IMG/VR virus record: IMGVR_UViG_3300006141_000001
Reading direction: 5' to 3' (one strand)
Source: a virus
DNA: 64,000 nucleotides
Below are positions 9,887 to 20,155 of this stretch, one piece after another (within the stretch, counting starts at the first letter, position 1; each line of letters starts with the position of its first letter). The notes under the pieces are model-generated. The model saw nothing but the letters and a program-made list of their open reading frames with translations. It did no database searches and was not told the DNA's origin. A program made the translations under genes and the position numbers.

Positions 9887-12655
9887 GTGGCGTTAAATTT
9901 TTTAAAAGGGGAGCAATCCACATATAACAGTATGCCAAGTAAAAGTCCTGAAACTTTTTATTTGACAGAGACTAACTTATATTTAGGAAACATTCAATTA
10001 AATAATCAATGCCTTATTGGTGATTTAAGGGATTTGGCAACTGCTGATAAAGAAAACTTAGTGAATGCTATAAATGAAGTAATTACCGAATTGGCTACAA
10101 AAGCAGATTTAGTAAGCCCAAGTTTGACTGGTACTCCTACTGCTCCAACAGCTTTGGAATCTTCAAATGATACTACACTTGCAAACACCAAATTTGTCAA
10201 AACCGCAATTGCAAATTTAATCAATGGCGCACCAACTACATTGGACACATTGAAGGAATTAGCTGATGCTATTACTGCAAATAAAACAATTATTGAGGCA
10301 CTTCATGATGCAATTGGCAATAAAGTGGATAAAGTAGAAGGGAAAGTATTATCTTCAAATGACTATACAGATGTGGAAAAGGCAAAATTAAATGGGATCC
10401 AAAGTGGCGCAGAAGCCAATGTTCAGCCTGACTGGAATGAGACGGTTACGACTCACAATGCTTATATTAAGAATAAGCCAAATTTTCTTGTATCTGGCAC
10501 TCAGACTGTTACTGCCACTGCTGATGGCGGTGTCAATACATATACATTTACAAATAGCAACGGCACTACTTCTACTTTTAACGTGAAGAACGGATCCAAG
10601 GGTTCTAAAGGCGACCCAGGCGAAAAGGGAACAAAAGGTGATACTGGAGCAGCTGGCGTAAGGGGTTCATATATTTATCAAGGTACTGGGATTACTGGCA
10701 CTTCTACTGTTGAAACTGTATTTAGTAATTCTGGTATTACGAACGCTTTGATTAATGATGTTTACATCAATAATAAAACTTCTATGGTTTACCAATGTAC
10801 GGTTAGCGGGGATGCTTCTATGGCTAAATGGGTATATAAAGGTTGTATAAAAGGAAATAGAGGATCTTCTATTTTTGTTTCAACTGGCGATCTGAATTAT
10901 GCTGATGCAACATCTTCATTCAAATTAACTGAAAGTGAAATACCATACTTTTTAAACGGAACTTTTCCTGAAATGCTTGATTTATGTATTAGCACAAGCA
11001 CATTCAATATAGTTAGATGCGTTAGTGCTTATGGAGATCCAAGTAGTTCTTACAATTCATTTAAAAATTCTGAGTGGGAATATGTTGGATGCATAAGGGA
11101 TAATGATTCTGGTAGTTCTATTTTGGTTGGGGAAACTAGTGGAAATTTTACTAGTTTGGGTCAAAATATAAGTTATTCTGCAAATAATGGACGTGTAATA
11201 TCTAGCGTTTTAATAGGGTATGATCATAATATTGTAACACCGAATACAACTACAAATAATATTTTTATCGGTCATGGAATTACGTCTCGTACAAATCAAA
11301 GTTATTATACAAATTCAAATATAATAGCTATCGGATCTGGAATAGGAATAAATGCAACTAGTGTTGGTAGTGTTTTAATTGGACAAAATGTTAAATCAAA
11401 TTCTAAGCATACTGTTTTGATTGGCACTAATGTATGTACAGCTTATTGTAATTCTTCATTTGGCGGTAGTGGTCAAATACTTATAGGATATAATACTTCA
11501 TCAGGTAATTTTGGGTATGACGTTGTAATAGGTTCGGGTGCTTTATCAAGAGAAGGACATAGTATAGTTATTGGTTGTAGTTCAAAAGCTATCAGTTCCA
11601 GCAGTGTTGCCATAGGAGATTCTGCATATTCTTCTATTCCTTGTTCTGTAACTATTGGTTACAGAGCTTGTACTTATGGTTCAGCTACCGGCAGATCTAT
11701 GATTGCAATAGGAACTAATTCTCGTGCAAGTGGAAATTATTATAGTATAGCAATAGGCGAGAATGCATGTGCATTATTTAGTGGAAATAACACGATTAGC
11801 GGAAGTTCTGCAATAGCTATTGGGACTGCTGCTTGTGCATTGAGTTCTCAATCTATAGGTATTGGAAGTGGTGCATATGTAAGTGTTAATTCAAACTGCT
11901 CAATAACAATAGGCAGAACTACTGCCCCTACTTATGGAATATTTAGTAATTCACCTAATTCAATTGTTATTGGAACAAATTCTGTAATAAGAGGAAATTC
12001 GCCTAATTCAATTGTTATTGGAACAAAGTCTTCAATATCTATTAATTCGCTAAGTTCAATTGCAATTGGGGATAATGCCAATGTACAAGCTAGTTTTTCA
12101 ATTGCAATAGGTCACAATGCAACGACATCAAACGCAAATTCCATTCAATTAGGAGACAATGCAAATCTCAGCTCCATCACAGCAAAAGTAGAATTGACTG
12201 TCACATCAGATGAGCGAGACAAAATAGATATTAAACCTATTGATTATGGGGCAATTAAATTCCTAAATAAAATAGAACCAATTACATATCACTCAAATCA
12301 GCGCATTCTTTATATTGACAATGACGAGAATTTATCAGAAGAGGATAAAGAAAATAAGTCAAAATACGGTATATGTAATTATAACCGCAAAGAACATGCT
12401 AAAGGCACAAAAAAAGGCTCAAGGTTAAGGGTTGGCGTATCAGCGCAAGGAGTACAGAAAGCATTAGAGGAAGCGTACGGCACATCCTCATATGCAAACC
12501 TTGTAAATGATAACCTTTTCGATTTTAATAAAGATGAAATACCTGAAGGGATTGAATCACAATTAGCGGTCAACTATCCTGGATTCGTGCCATTTTTAAT
12601 AAAGGCAGTCCAGGAACTGTCTCAAAGATTAGATAAATTGGAGGGAAAAGCATAA
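9887..12655 (+). CDS. tail fibre / receptor-binding protein with collagen repeat, YadA-like beta-roll repeats and C-terminal peptidase S74 chaperone
   Basis: SPSLTGTPTAPT and APTTLDTLKELADA fibre motifs; GSKGSKGDPGEKG collagen; many SIAIG/SIVIG repeats; TSDERDKIDIK...GVSAQ...VNY..FVPFLIKAVQEL S74 signature. Confidence 0.85.
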   Translation: MALNFLKGEQSTYNSMPSKSPETFYLTETNLYLGNIQLNNQCLIGDLRDLATADKENLVNAINEVITELATKADLVSPSLTGTPTAPTALESSNDTTLANTKFVKTAIANLINGAPTTLDTLKELADAITANKTIIEALHDAIGNKVDKVEGKVLSSNDYTDVEKAKLNGIQSGAEANVQPDWNETVTTHNAYIKNKPNFLVSGTQTVTATADGGVNTYTFTNSNGTTSTFNVKNGSKGSKGDPGEKGTKGDTGAAGVRGSYIYQGTGITGTSTVETVFSNSGITNALINDVYINNKTSMVYQCTVSGDASMAKWVYKGCIKGNRGSSIFVSTGDLNYADATSSFKLTESEIPYFLNGTFPEMLDLCISTSTFNIVRCVSAYGDPSSSYNSFKNSEWEYVGCIRDNDSGSSILVGETSGNFTSLGQNISYSANNGRVISSVLIGYDHNIVTPNTTTNNIFIGHGITSRTNQSYYTNSNIIAIGSGIGINATSVGSVLIGQNVKSNSKHTVLIGTNVCTAYCNSSFGGSGQILIGYNTSSGNFGYDVVIGSGALSREGHSIVIGCSSKAISSSSVAIGDSAYSSIPCSVTIGYRACTYGSATGRSMIAIGTNSRASGNYYSIAIGENACALFSGNNTISGSSAIAIGTAACALSSQSIGIGSGAYVSVNSNCSITIGRTTAPTYGIFSNSPNSIVIGTNSVIRGNSPNSIVIGTKSSISINSLSSIAIGDNANVQASFSIAIGHNATTSNANSIQLGDNANLSSITAKVELTVTSDERDKIDIKPIDYGAIKFLNKIEPITYHSNQRILYIDNDENLSEEDKENKSKYGICNYNRKEHAKGTKKGSRLRVGVSAQGVQKALEEAYGTSSYANLVNDNLFDFNKDEIPEGIESQLAVNYPGFVPFLIKAVQELSQRLDKLEGKA

Positions 12656-12656
12656 T

Positions 12657-13640
12657 TTGAGGAAATTTTTGAGTATCATTATACCACGATACAAGGAAAC
12701 TGAAAAAGAAATCTTCCCGCTCTTGACAAGCATCACTAACCAGACTGGGATTGACTTTTCAGATATTGAGGTCATTATAGCCACCGATGGGGAAGGCGGG
12801 AATTCTTTAGATCAAAATTTTTTAAAATTGTTTGATGTAGATATTAAGCAGATTAAAAATAATGGGAAAAACATGGGGCCAGGCGTGACACGCCAGCAAG
12901 GGCTGGATGCTGCGTCAGGGGATTATGTAATGTTCTGTGACGCAGATGATGTCCTACATAATGTCGGCGTACTTGGCGCATTGATTAAGGAAGCAGAGGA
13001 TACCGTTCCTGACATTTTATGCACGTCATGGATAGAAGAAAATTACGACCAAAATGGAAATTATGTTTATATTACACACGAGATTGAAAATACATGGATG
13101 CATGGGAAACTGTTGCGCAGGAGATTCTTGCGGCAGAACAATATCCGTTTCCATAATGAATTAAGAGTCCATGAAGACAGTTATTTTCTTTGTATAGCAG
13201 AAAGCTCATCCAAAAGCCATCGGTATCTGCCAATCACCTCATACGTATGGAAATATCACCCAGACAGTATCACGCGCAGGAATAATGCAGTCTACACATA
13301 TGACAGCATCCCAGAGTTCATCCGTGCATGTAGCCTCGCACACAAGGAAATTGAGAAAAGGCATCCAGAGCAGATGGAGGGAAAAATTGTGCAGTTCATC
13401 CTGTATAATTATTTCAGCTTCCATCTGCCAAATTGGCAGGAAGAAAGCGTCAAAGAGTATTTAAAGAAGGGCGAAGAGACTTTTGTTGAATATATCAGAC
13501 CAATGTTTCATTACTGGACGGATGCAAAGGAAGATGTCATTGCGAATATATACAACGAAGAACGCAACCGTACATTCAAAGGGGCTGTGGAAACAGAGAC
13601 AATTCAAGAATGGTTCAAAAGGTTAGGCTTAATAGAATAA
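12657..13640 (+). CDS. glycosyltransferase family 2
   Basis: LSIIIP...EVII..DG...GPG..RQQGL..ASGDYVMFCDADD (DxD) ... HED motifs. Confidence 0.9.
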   Translation: MRKFLSIIIPRYKETEKEIFPLLTSITNQTGIDFSDIEVIIATDGEGGNSLDQNFLKLFDVDIKQIKNNGKNMGPGVTRQQGLDAASGDYVMFCDADDVLHNVGVLGALIKEAEDTVPDILCTSWIEENYDQNGNYVYITHEIENTWMHGKLLRRRFLRQNNIRFHNELRVHEDSYFLCIAESSSKSHRYLPITSYVWKYHPDSITRRNNAVYTYDSIPEFIRACSLAHKEIEKRHPEQMEGKIVQFILYNYFSFHLPNWQEESVKEYLKKGEETFVEYIRPMFHYWTDAKEDVIANIYNEERNRTFKGAVETETIQEWFKRLGLIE

Positions 13641-13659
13641 ATATTCTATAAAAAATCAT

Positions 13660-13688
13660 TTGACAATTATTATCATTTGTCTTATAAT
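13660..13688 (+). promoter_or_regulatory. consensus sigma-A promoter of a moron gene
   Basis: TTGACA-17 bp-TATAAT. Confidence 0.85.
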
Positions 13689-13726
13689 ATTAACATTAGT
13701 ACAATAAGAAAAAATATTATAAGAGG

Positions 13727-14785
13727 GTGATTGATATGTTTTCACAAATTATTCCAATTTTACTTTATTTCGTTAGTTTTATTTTATTGTTAGTTGCATT
13801 TATAACAATAGTTAAACAAAACGAAGGAAGTTTGAAAAAAGCTATTTTCGAATTACTTATTTCTATAATATCAGTTACTATTGGTTGTTATATTCAATTT
13901 GGTTTTGACTATATTAGCAACATTGTGTCAAATAAAACAAGTGTCGATAATAAAAGTAATGACACTTATGAAACAAATGATAATACGCAAGACAATAGGA
14001 CACAGGACAATAATAAAATGCAACATAAGCATACTGCTGATATGAAGAAAAAAGAAAATATTATTAACCCAACTTGCATTAAAACAGGTAGCTATGAATA
14101 TGTCATATATTGCAAATGCGGAGAAGAATTAAATAGAGAATTATTTACAATTGAAGCCAATGGACACAATTATATTGAAACTATAAATGAACCGAATTGT
14201 ACAGATCAAGGTTTTACAGAATACATTTGCAAAGAATGTAATGATAAATATTTCGATAATTACACCGATGCTCTTGGTCATGATTTTAATGAAGGTATTT
14301 GTACTCGATGTGGATATCAAAATCCGGACTTTATAATAAATAATAGTGAAGGAATAATGAAAATATTGTCAAATTCTGTAGTTAGTGATAGCGGAACATA
14401 TGCTTATTACATTGGATCCGAAAGTATAAGTGTTTTTGCAGAAGAATGTTACAATTGTTTTTCTATTAACACAGCTGTCAGCTATAATCTATGGGGAGGA
14501 AATGTCCAAAATGTTGTTTTTAACATTTCTAAACTTAACGAATTTAATGAATTACATTTTAACATTGGAGGAGAAACTGGTAGTAGTGGAACTATGGGAG
14601 TAGAGATATTTATAGATAAATCATTTGATGATTCTGCTGATTACATATATGAACTTGATGCTTCAGCCATACCTATTGACGCAAAAATAAATATTGCAAA
14701 TGCAACATCATTAGGAATTAAAGTAACAAATTATTCTAACAATGTAAACCGCTTAGTTTTTTACAATTTTTCAGGAAATATCTAA
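13727..14785 (+). CDS. membrane-anchored moron protein with Cys/His repeats
   Basis: Two N-terminal TM segments; PTC..G...Y.C.CG...GH repeats; very AT-rich; own promoter and terminator. Confidence 0.7.
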   Translation: MIDMFSQIIPILLYFVSFILLLVAFITIVKQNEGSLKKAIFELLISIISVTIGCYIQFGFDYISNIVSNKTSVDNKSNDTYETNDNTQDNRTQDNNKMQHKHTADMKKKENIINPTCIKTGSYEYVIYCKCGEELNRELFTIEANGHNYIETINEPNCTDQGFTEYICKECNDKYFDNYTDALGHDFNEGICTRCGYQNPDFIINNSEGIMKILSNSVVSDSGTYAYYIGSESISVFAEECYNCFSINTAVSYNLWGGNVQNVVFNISKLNEFNELHFNIGGETGSSGTMGVEIFIDKSFDDSADYIYELDASAIPIDAKINIANATSLGIKVTNYSNNVNRLVFYNFSGNI

Positions 14786-14841
14786 CAAAATAACCAAATA
14801 CATAATTCACAATACTACTTAATTATATGTCCCAATATTTT

Positions 14842-14872
14842 GGCAGTAATAAGAATTACTGCCTTTTTATTA
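14842..14872 (+). terminator. intrinsic terminator
   Basis: GGCAGTAAT-AAGA-ATTACTGCC followed by TTTTT. Confidence 0.8.
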
Positions 14873-14894
14873 TGCAAAAAGAGGAGGTGGCTAT

Positions 14895-16070
14895 TTGCCA
14901 AAAATTAAACAGCACATATCTGGCGATAGCTTAACGCCAGCAAATAAGCAGAAAGGGAACAAAAAATGCAATTTCTGCTACAAAGAAAAGAAACTGATTG
15001 ATTTTTATATCAGCAAAAGCCCATTATATTCTATTGACGGGCGCGTCCCAATATGCAAGGAATGTGTAATCAGCAATTCCTTAAATGATGACGGGACTAT
15101 TAATGAAATAAAATTAAACGAAATCTTAAAGATGATTGATAAGCCTTACTATAAAGATTCCTTAGAAGCCTCAGTAAAATCCTTTAAAAAGGAAAATTCT
15201 TATGTAATGGAAAGCGATGTGCCTTATTATGGAAAGGAAATCTTACAGAAGTATTTTAAGCAGATTGCCATGCAGCAAGACCGTTCAAAATCCTATGACG
15301 ATTCGGAAAAAGAAGGATTTATACATTTAAAGTCTAATACAAAAAAAAGAATAAAGGACGAGATAACTAAAAAATATTCTGATATAAAAACTGCCAGCAA
15401 TATTCAAGCTGATCCTCAAAAATCCCAAAACACCCAAAAATATAAAATACATGTAGACGATTTTGAAATTACTGATGAAATGGTCGGATTACTTGGTGAC
15501 GGGTTTACTAAAGAAGAATATAAAAAAATGTTTGAAAAATATAAGAAGCTGAGGATAAATTATTCCCTGCAGACAAACCTTCATCAGGAGGCACTCGTCA
15601 CTTATGTCAGGTTCAAAGTTAAGGAGGAAATAGCGACTGCCGAGGGGAATGTTGAGGAAGCAAAAAAATGGTATGACGCAGCACAGAAAGCGGCAAGCGA
15701 TGCAAAGCTTACGCCAAAACAGCTTACCCAGGCAGATTTACACGGGGGGATAAACAGTTTTTCTGAAATATTTAAGGCCGTTGAGCAGGCGGTGGACATA
15801 ATTCCAATCTTGCCACAGTTTAAATACAGGCCAAATGATGCGTGTGACTTTATAATCTGGTGCTATATAAATTACATAAGGGACTTGCAGGGACTGCCAC
15901 AATGCGAATATGAGGACGTGTATAAATTTTATGATAAGAGGAAGGGTGAATATATTGAACAATACGGAGACCCTTATGGGATTTTCGATGAAGACCCTAC
16001 TGAAGAGATGCGCCCTAATATAAAGAAGTTCATTACATTGCCAAAGGATTATCATGACATGGGGGTGTAA
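14895..16070 (+). CDS. putative terminase small subunit / packaging-associated protein
   Basis: Immediately upstream of TerL; N-terminal CxxC...CxxC; GAGGAGG RBS with TTG start; function inferred from position. Confidence 0.55.
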   Translation: MPKIKQHISGDSLTPANKQKGNKKCNFCYKEKKLIDFYISKSPLYSIDGRVPICKECVISNSLNDDGTINEIKLNEILKMIDKPYYKDSLEASVKSFKKENSYVMESDVPYYGKEILQKYFKQIAMQQDRSKSYDDSEKEGFIHLKSNTKKRIKDEITKKYSDIKTASNIQADPQKSQNTQKYKIHVDDFEITDEMVGLLGDGFTKEEYKKMFEKYKKLRINYSLQTNLHQEALVTYVRFKVKEEIATAEGNVEEAKKWYDAAQKAASDAKLTPKQLTQADLHGGINSFSEIFKAVEQAVDIIPILPQFKYRPNDACDFIIWCYINYIRDLQGLPQCEYEDVYKFYDKRKGEYIEQYGDPYGIFDEDPTEEMRPNIKKFITLPKDYHDMGV

Positions 16071-16078
16071 ATTAAGGC

Positions 16079-17782
16079 TTGACAAAACAACAGATTATTG
16101 ATTTACAGGATGAATCTGTATTCGGGAAAAATCTTTATAAATATGTGCAGCTCGCAAGCTGGGTTAATTGGTATCCAGACTTATTTTTAGATATGATAAC
16201 ACCTGAGTCTGGCGGAATAAAATTGCATGTTGACCAAAGGATATACCTGCGTTCCATTATGAGGTTTGCAAGCACTTATGGTGTTTTCCCTAGGGGCTGG
16301 GGAAAAACCTTTGACGAAGTGCTTGCAATGTTTCTTGTTGGGATTCGATTCCCAGATATAGAACTTGCATTAACTGCCCAGACAAAAGAGAATGCGGCAG
16401 AGCTGCTAAAAGATAAGACACTTGAAATTTTAAAGTATTATCCTTTGCTTGAAAACGAACTTGCAGGAGGCACTAGAAAATCAGGGACAAGCTTTTCTAA
16501 AAATGATGGAGAAGTAAGGTTTAAATCTGGTGCAAGGATAGACGTGCTTGCAAACTCGCAGTCCTCAAAAGGACAGCGGAGAAAGAGGATAAACATAGAG
16601 GAAGCCGCATTGCTTAATGATGTGCTTTACCAAGATTGCTTAAAGCCAATCCCAGAAGTGCCACGCTATACCATCGGGAAACTAAGCGTAGTCAACCCAG
16701 AAGAACTGAACCAGCAAATCAACTTCTTTACTACTGCTGGCTTTAGGGGGAGCGATGAGTTCCAGAGAAGCATCCGCATGATTGACAGTATGGTTCATCT
16801 GAATGGCGAAATGGTTCTTGGCTCTTCTTGGTTCCTGGCCTGCTGGTACGGCAGGGGGAGTTCCAAAAGCCAAATATTAAAGAAAAAACAGGATATGTCA
16901 CCAATCGCTTTTGCGCAGAACTTTGAATCACGGTGGGTTGGCTCAACAGATGACGCATTGGTAGATATAAATAAGCTGATGAATTGCCGTTCCCTGACAA
17001 CGCCCATGATTAGTTTCAATAAAGAAAATGAGGAGTTTTATATGGGAGTTGACGTTGCGAGAAGCCAAAAAGCCTCTAATAACCAGTCGTCTATGGCAGT
17101 CGGCAGGGTTATCAGGAACAAAGACACAAAAAGGATTATATCTGTAGATATCCCAAATATTATGACCATATCAAATGTGCTGAATTTCTCCGCGCAGGCA
17201 TGTTTAGTGAAAAAGACAAAAGAAAGTTTCGGTGCCAAGGTTGTAATTGCTGATGGGAATGGGTTGGGCGCTGGCCTGATTGACGAATTATTGAAAGAGT
17301 CGTACGACCCAATCACAGGGGCATATCTTGGATGCTGGAATACCATCAATACTGACAATGAGCCTGAAATAAAGGGTGCGGAAAAATGCCTGTTTGACAT
17401 GAAGGCAACGCATTTACAAAGCAAAGTACTGACAGATTTTATTGATATCGTAGAAAGCAAGAAACTTAAATTGCTTGAGCATAGACAGGATTCTGATTTT
17501 TCACAAAAAGACAAGCAGAATATTGACTTGAATATCGTCCCATATCTGCAGACCAATTTACTGTTTGAGGAAATAGCCAATTTACGGTTAGTCCATAACA
17601 AGAATGGCTCCCTTTCAGTAGAAAAAGTGGTAAAAAAATTGGACAAAGACCGGTTTTCAGCATTAAGCTACCTCATATATTACATCACAGAATACTGCAG
17701 CATTATCAAAGAAAAGAACCACGATATAAACATATCGAAAATAATATCCCTTGCAAGGAAGCCAAGGCTATATTCATATTAA
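16079..17782 (+). CDS. terL: terminase large subunit
   Basis: Walker A PRGWGKT, Walker B INIEE, FTTAG coupling motif, RNase H-like MGVDVAR...IADGNGLG...KDRFSA. Confidence 0.9.
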   Translation: MTKQQIIDLQDESVFGKNLYKYVQLASWVNWYPDLFLDMITPESGGIKLHVDQRIYLRSIMRFASTYGVFPRGWGKTFDEVLAMFLVGIRFPDIELALTAQTKENAAELLKDKTLEILKYYPLLENELAGGTRKSGTSFSKNDGEVRFKSGARIDVLANSQSSKGQRRKRINIEEAALLNDVLYQDCLKPIPEVPRYTIGKLSVVNPEELNQQINFFTTAGFRGSDEFQRSIRMIDSMVHLNGEMVLGSSWFLACWYGRGSSKSQILKKKQDMSPIAFAQNFESRWVGSTDDALVDINKLMNCRSLTTPMISFNKENEEFYMGVDVARSQKASNNQSSMAVGRVIRNKDTKRIISVDIPNIMTISNVLNFSAQACLVKKTKESFGAKVVIADGNGLGAGLIDELLKESYDPITGAYLGCWNTINTDNEPEIKGAEKCLFDMKATHLQSKVLTDFIDIVESKKLKLLEHRQDSDFSQKDKQNIDLNIVPYLQTNLLFEEIANLRLVHNKNGSLSVEKVVKKLDKDRFSALSYLIYYITEYCSIIKEKNHDINISKIISLARKPRLYSY

Positions 17783-17820
17783 GGAAGGCGGTGTTTTGAA
17801 TAGGCACAGGAAATAAAGGC

Positions 17821-19344
17821 GTGGAGGATGCTGTAAATGCAAATTATAAAGCAGATAAAAATAATATAGATAATTTTTTGGAGAGGAAAACGCCATCTTT
17901 CTCATTCTCCAGTTTAAGGCGCGTAGTATTGTCAGAACTTAGTTATAGGGGAGCATTTAAACATAATAGGATATGCGGATTTAGCAGGCAGAATATAATG
18001 AGCATGGCACAGTACCCAGAAAGGTATGGCGACCAGATTGTAAGGCTGTCAAAATACATGGTCACGAAAAGCGGATATTATAAAAGGCTGGTTGATTATT
18101 TTGTGAATATGGCCATAATTAACTGGACGGTTGACGTGGAAATCAAAAATGAAAAGATGTTTTCCGTAAATCAAAAAACATTCAGGAAAAACTTTGTCAA
18201 TTTCGTGGCGCAAGCCAATAAATTCAAGATTGACAATAGGATTTCAGACATAATGAGGAAGTTATTTGTGGAAGATGCCTGCTTTGGCTTTATAAATGAA
18301 GACGCTATTGACTGCCCCATATACTTTATAGATTCAAAATACTGCGAGATAAAAAAAATAGTCAATGGGAATGTCTATGAATATGCAGTGAACAGAAGCC
18401 TGATAACCAATGACTATTTTGAAACCCTCCCTTCTGACCTGCAGTCTGTCCTGACCAAATCTAAGGAAATATCTTTGAATAACTTGGTAATGATTCCTTA
18501 CGAAAATTCATTCTGCATAAAGTATAATAATGATTTCACATATCTGTACCCACCATTCCTGCCGCTTATCCTGGCAATCCTGGACATAGAGGACATAAAG
18601 GAACTGAATAAGGCAAAATCAGAGGCAGATGCATACAAGCTGATTTATTTGAAGATACCGACTAATGACGAAAGTGAAATTTCAATGGGCGATGAGCTGA
18701 TATCAAAATTCGTGAGCATGACCAGGGAAATCCTGCCAGACAGGTTCGGCGTAGTGCCGTCCCCAATGGACTTGCAGCTTGTCGAGTCAAAATCCACCAT
18801 ATCGGATGACAAGAATAAGGTTGAACAGAGCGTTGACAATTTTTATGGGGAGGCAGGCGTGTCAAAAGCACTGATATCTTCCGCATCAAGCGGGTCAGAA
18901 CTGAAGCTTTCCATGAAGGTAGACTCGTCTGATATATATAGGATATACAGGCAGATTGAAGCATGGGTAGACCTACAGATGAAAATCAGGGGATATATCT
19001 ATGATTCCTACCAGTTTGTCTATAATATAATGCCAACTACTGTATTTGACATTGATGACTTTATTGACAGGCAATTGAAACTTGCACAGGCATCTGTACC
19101 AAACAAAGGGATGCTCCTTGCAGCAAATGGGATAAATACAGCAAAAATGCTGGGAAATTCATTTATGGAACAAGTATTTAAAGAAGACATTTTTGATAAA
19201 TGGGAGGTCTTAAAGACATCTTATACTACTCCTGGCGGAACTGGAACAGAAGATGGCAGGCCTGAAAAAGAAGAGACAGAAATCAGTGATGTGACAGAAG
19301 CAACGCGGAAGAATGATGGGAATGATAAAGATAATAGGGTTTAG
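17821..19344 (+). CDS. portal protein
   Basis: 507 aa directly after TerL; C-terminal TSYT...GRP tail typical of portals of large Firmicute phages. Confidence 0.75.
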   Translation: MEDAVNANYKADKNNIDNFLERKTPSFSFSSLRRVVLSELSYRGAFKHNRICGFSRQNIMSMAQYPERYGDQIVRLSKYMVTKSGYYKRLVDYFVNMAIINWTVDVEIKNEKMFSVNQKTFRKNFVNFVAQANKFKIDNRISDIMRKLFVEDACFGFINEDAIDCPIYFIDSKYCEIKKIVNGNVYEYAVNRSLITNDYFETLPSDLQSVLTKSKEISLNNLVMIPYENSFCIKYNNDFTYLYPPFLPLILAILDIEDIKELNKAKSEADAYKLIYLKIPTNDESEISMGDELISKFVSMTREILPDRFGVVPSPMDLQLVESKSTISDDKNKVEQSVDNFYGEAGVSKALISSASSGSELKLSMKVDSSDIYRIYRQIEAWVDLQMKIRGYIYDSYQFVYNIMPTTVFDIDDFIDRQLKLAQASVPNKGMLLAANGINTAKMLGNSFMEQVFKEDIFDKWEVLKTSYTTPGGTGTEDGRPEKEETEISDVTEATRKNDGNDKDNRV

Positions 19345-19350
19345 TATTTT

Positions 19351-19562
19351 TATAAATATTTTAAAACATTCATACACTCTTCCTTTATATATTGTTGAAC
19401 CAACCCACATTTAGGGCAGATATATGTCTCCGTATCTGGTATAGATTAATCTCCTTCACATGACAAATATGGAATTACAGGTTTATCAATTCTAATTTCC
19501 ATTCTAATTACTGATTTTTTAGATAATTTCATTTCAGTTTTGCATTGTTGACATATTTTCAT
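19351..19562 (-). pseudogene. decayed small zinc-ribbon protein
   Basis: GGGAGG RBS, then MKICQQCKTEM and a stop; downstream YICPKCGLVQQY in another frame with one more internal stop. Confidence 0.45.
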
Positions 19563-19635
19563 GGTAATCCTCCCTTGCAAAAAATATATTATCATAAATA
19601 TATATATAAAACGCAATATAGATTAGAGAAAAATA

Positions 19636-19935
19636 TTGATTTGTAAAAAATGTAATCAAGTTGTAGATGGTGATTGTTTTTATACAATCCCAGTAGAACA
19701 AAGATTTTTAAGAAATGGAAATCCACTTCCAGAGATATATTCTGGGTTTAATCGGATACCTTGTTGTAAAAAATGTGGAGAAGTTATTGATTATAAAGAC
19801 TTACCATCAGAGAAATTTTGGACATGGTTCACATATTTAGATGAGTCTGTAAGTAGGGAATTAAAAGGGAAAGCACTTATTCGGTATTTTCAGCTGGATG
19901 ATCTGCTTGGAATAAAGAAAGACGTAGGTGATTAA
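19636..19935 (+). CDS. small Cys-rich hypothetical protein
   Basis: CKKC...CCKKC motifs. Confidence 0.55.
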   Translation: MICKKCNQVVDGDCFYTIPVEQRFLRNGNPLPEIYSGFNRIPCCKKCGEVIDYKDLPSEKFWTWFTYLDESVSRELKGKALIRYFQLDDLLGIKKDVGD

Positions 19936-20125
19936 AATCGGAGAAGTAATTATTTTAGATAAGGAAAAAGCAGATGCCCTGCAGTTGCTAGGGTTTAAAT
20001 ATGTGGTCAGAAACGTTGGAAATAAAGAAGCGTTTGTTTTTATAAAGACACATGAATTAATGAAGGAACTTAACTCAAAATTTGAGAAGGGTTCTTTTTT
20101 AATTACAAAATATCTATGTTTTTAA
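19928..20125 (+). CDS. small DUF5659-like protein
   Basis: L...GFKY......FVF..T.EL pattern shared with ORFs at 23332, 28840 and 37300. Confidence 0.5.
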   Translation: MIKIGEVIILDKEKADALQLLGFKYVVRNVGNKEAFVFIKTHELMKELNSKFEKGSFLITKYLCF

Positions 20126-20155
20126 TTTCATAAAGAAAGGAGGATATATTATCAA

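Noticed and set aside
9887-12655. Diversity-generating retroelement target
   Set aside because: No reverse transcriptase or template-repeat copy in the window
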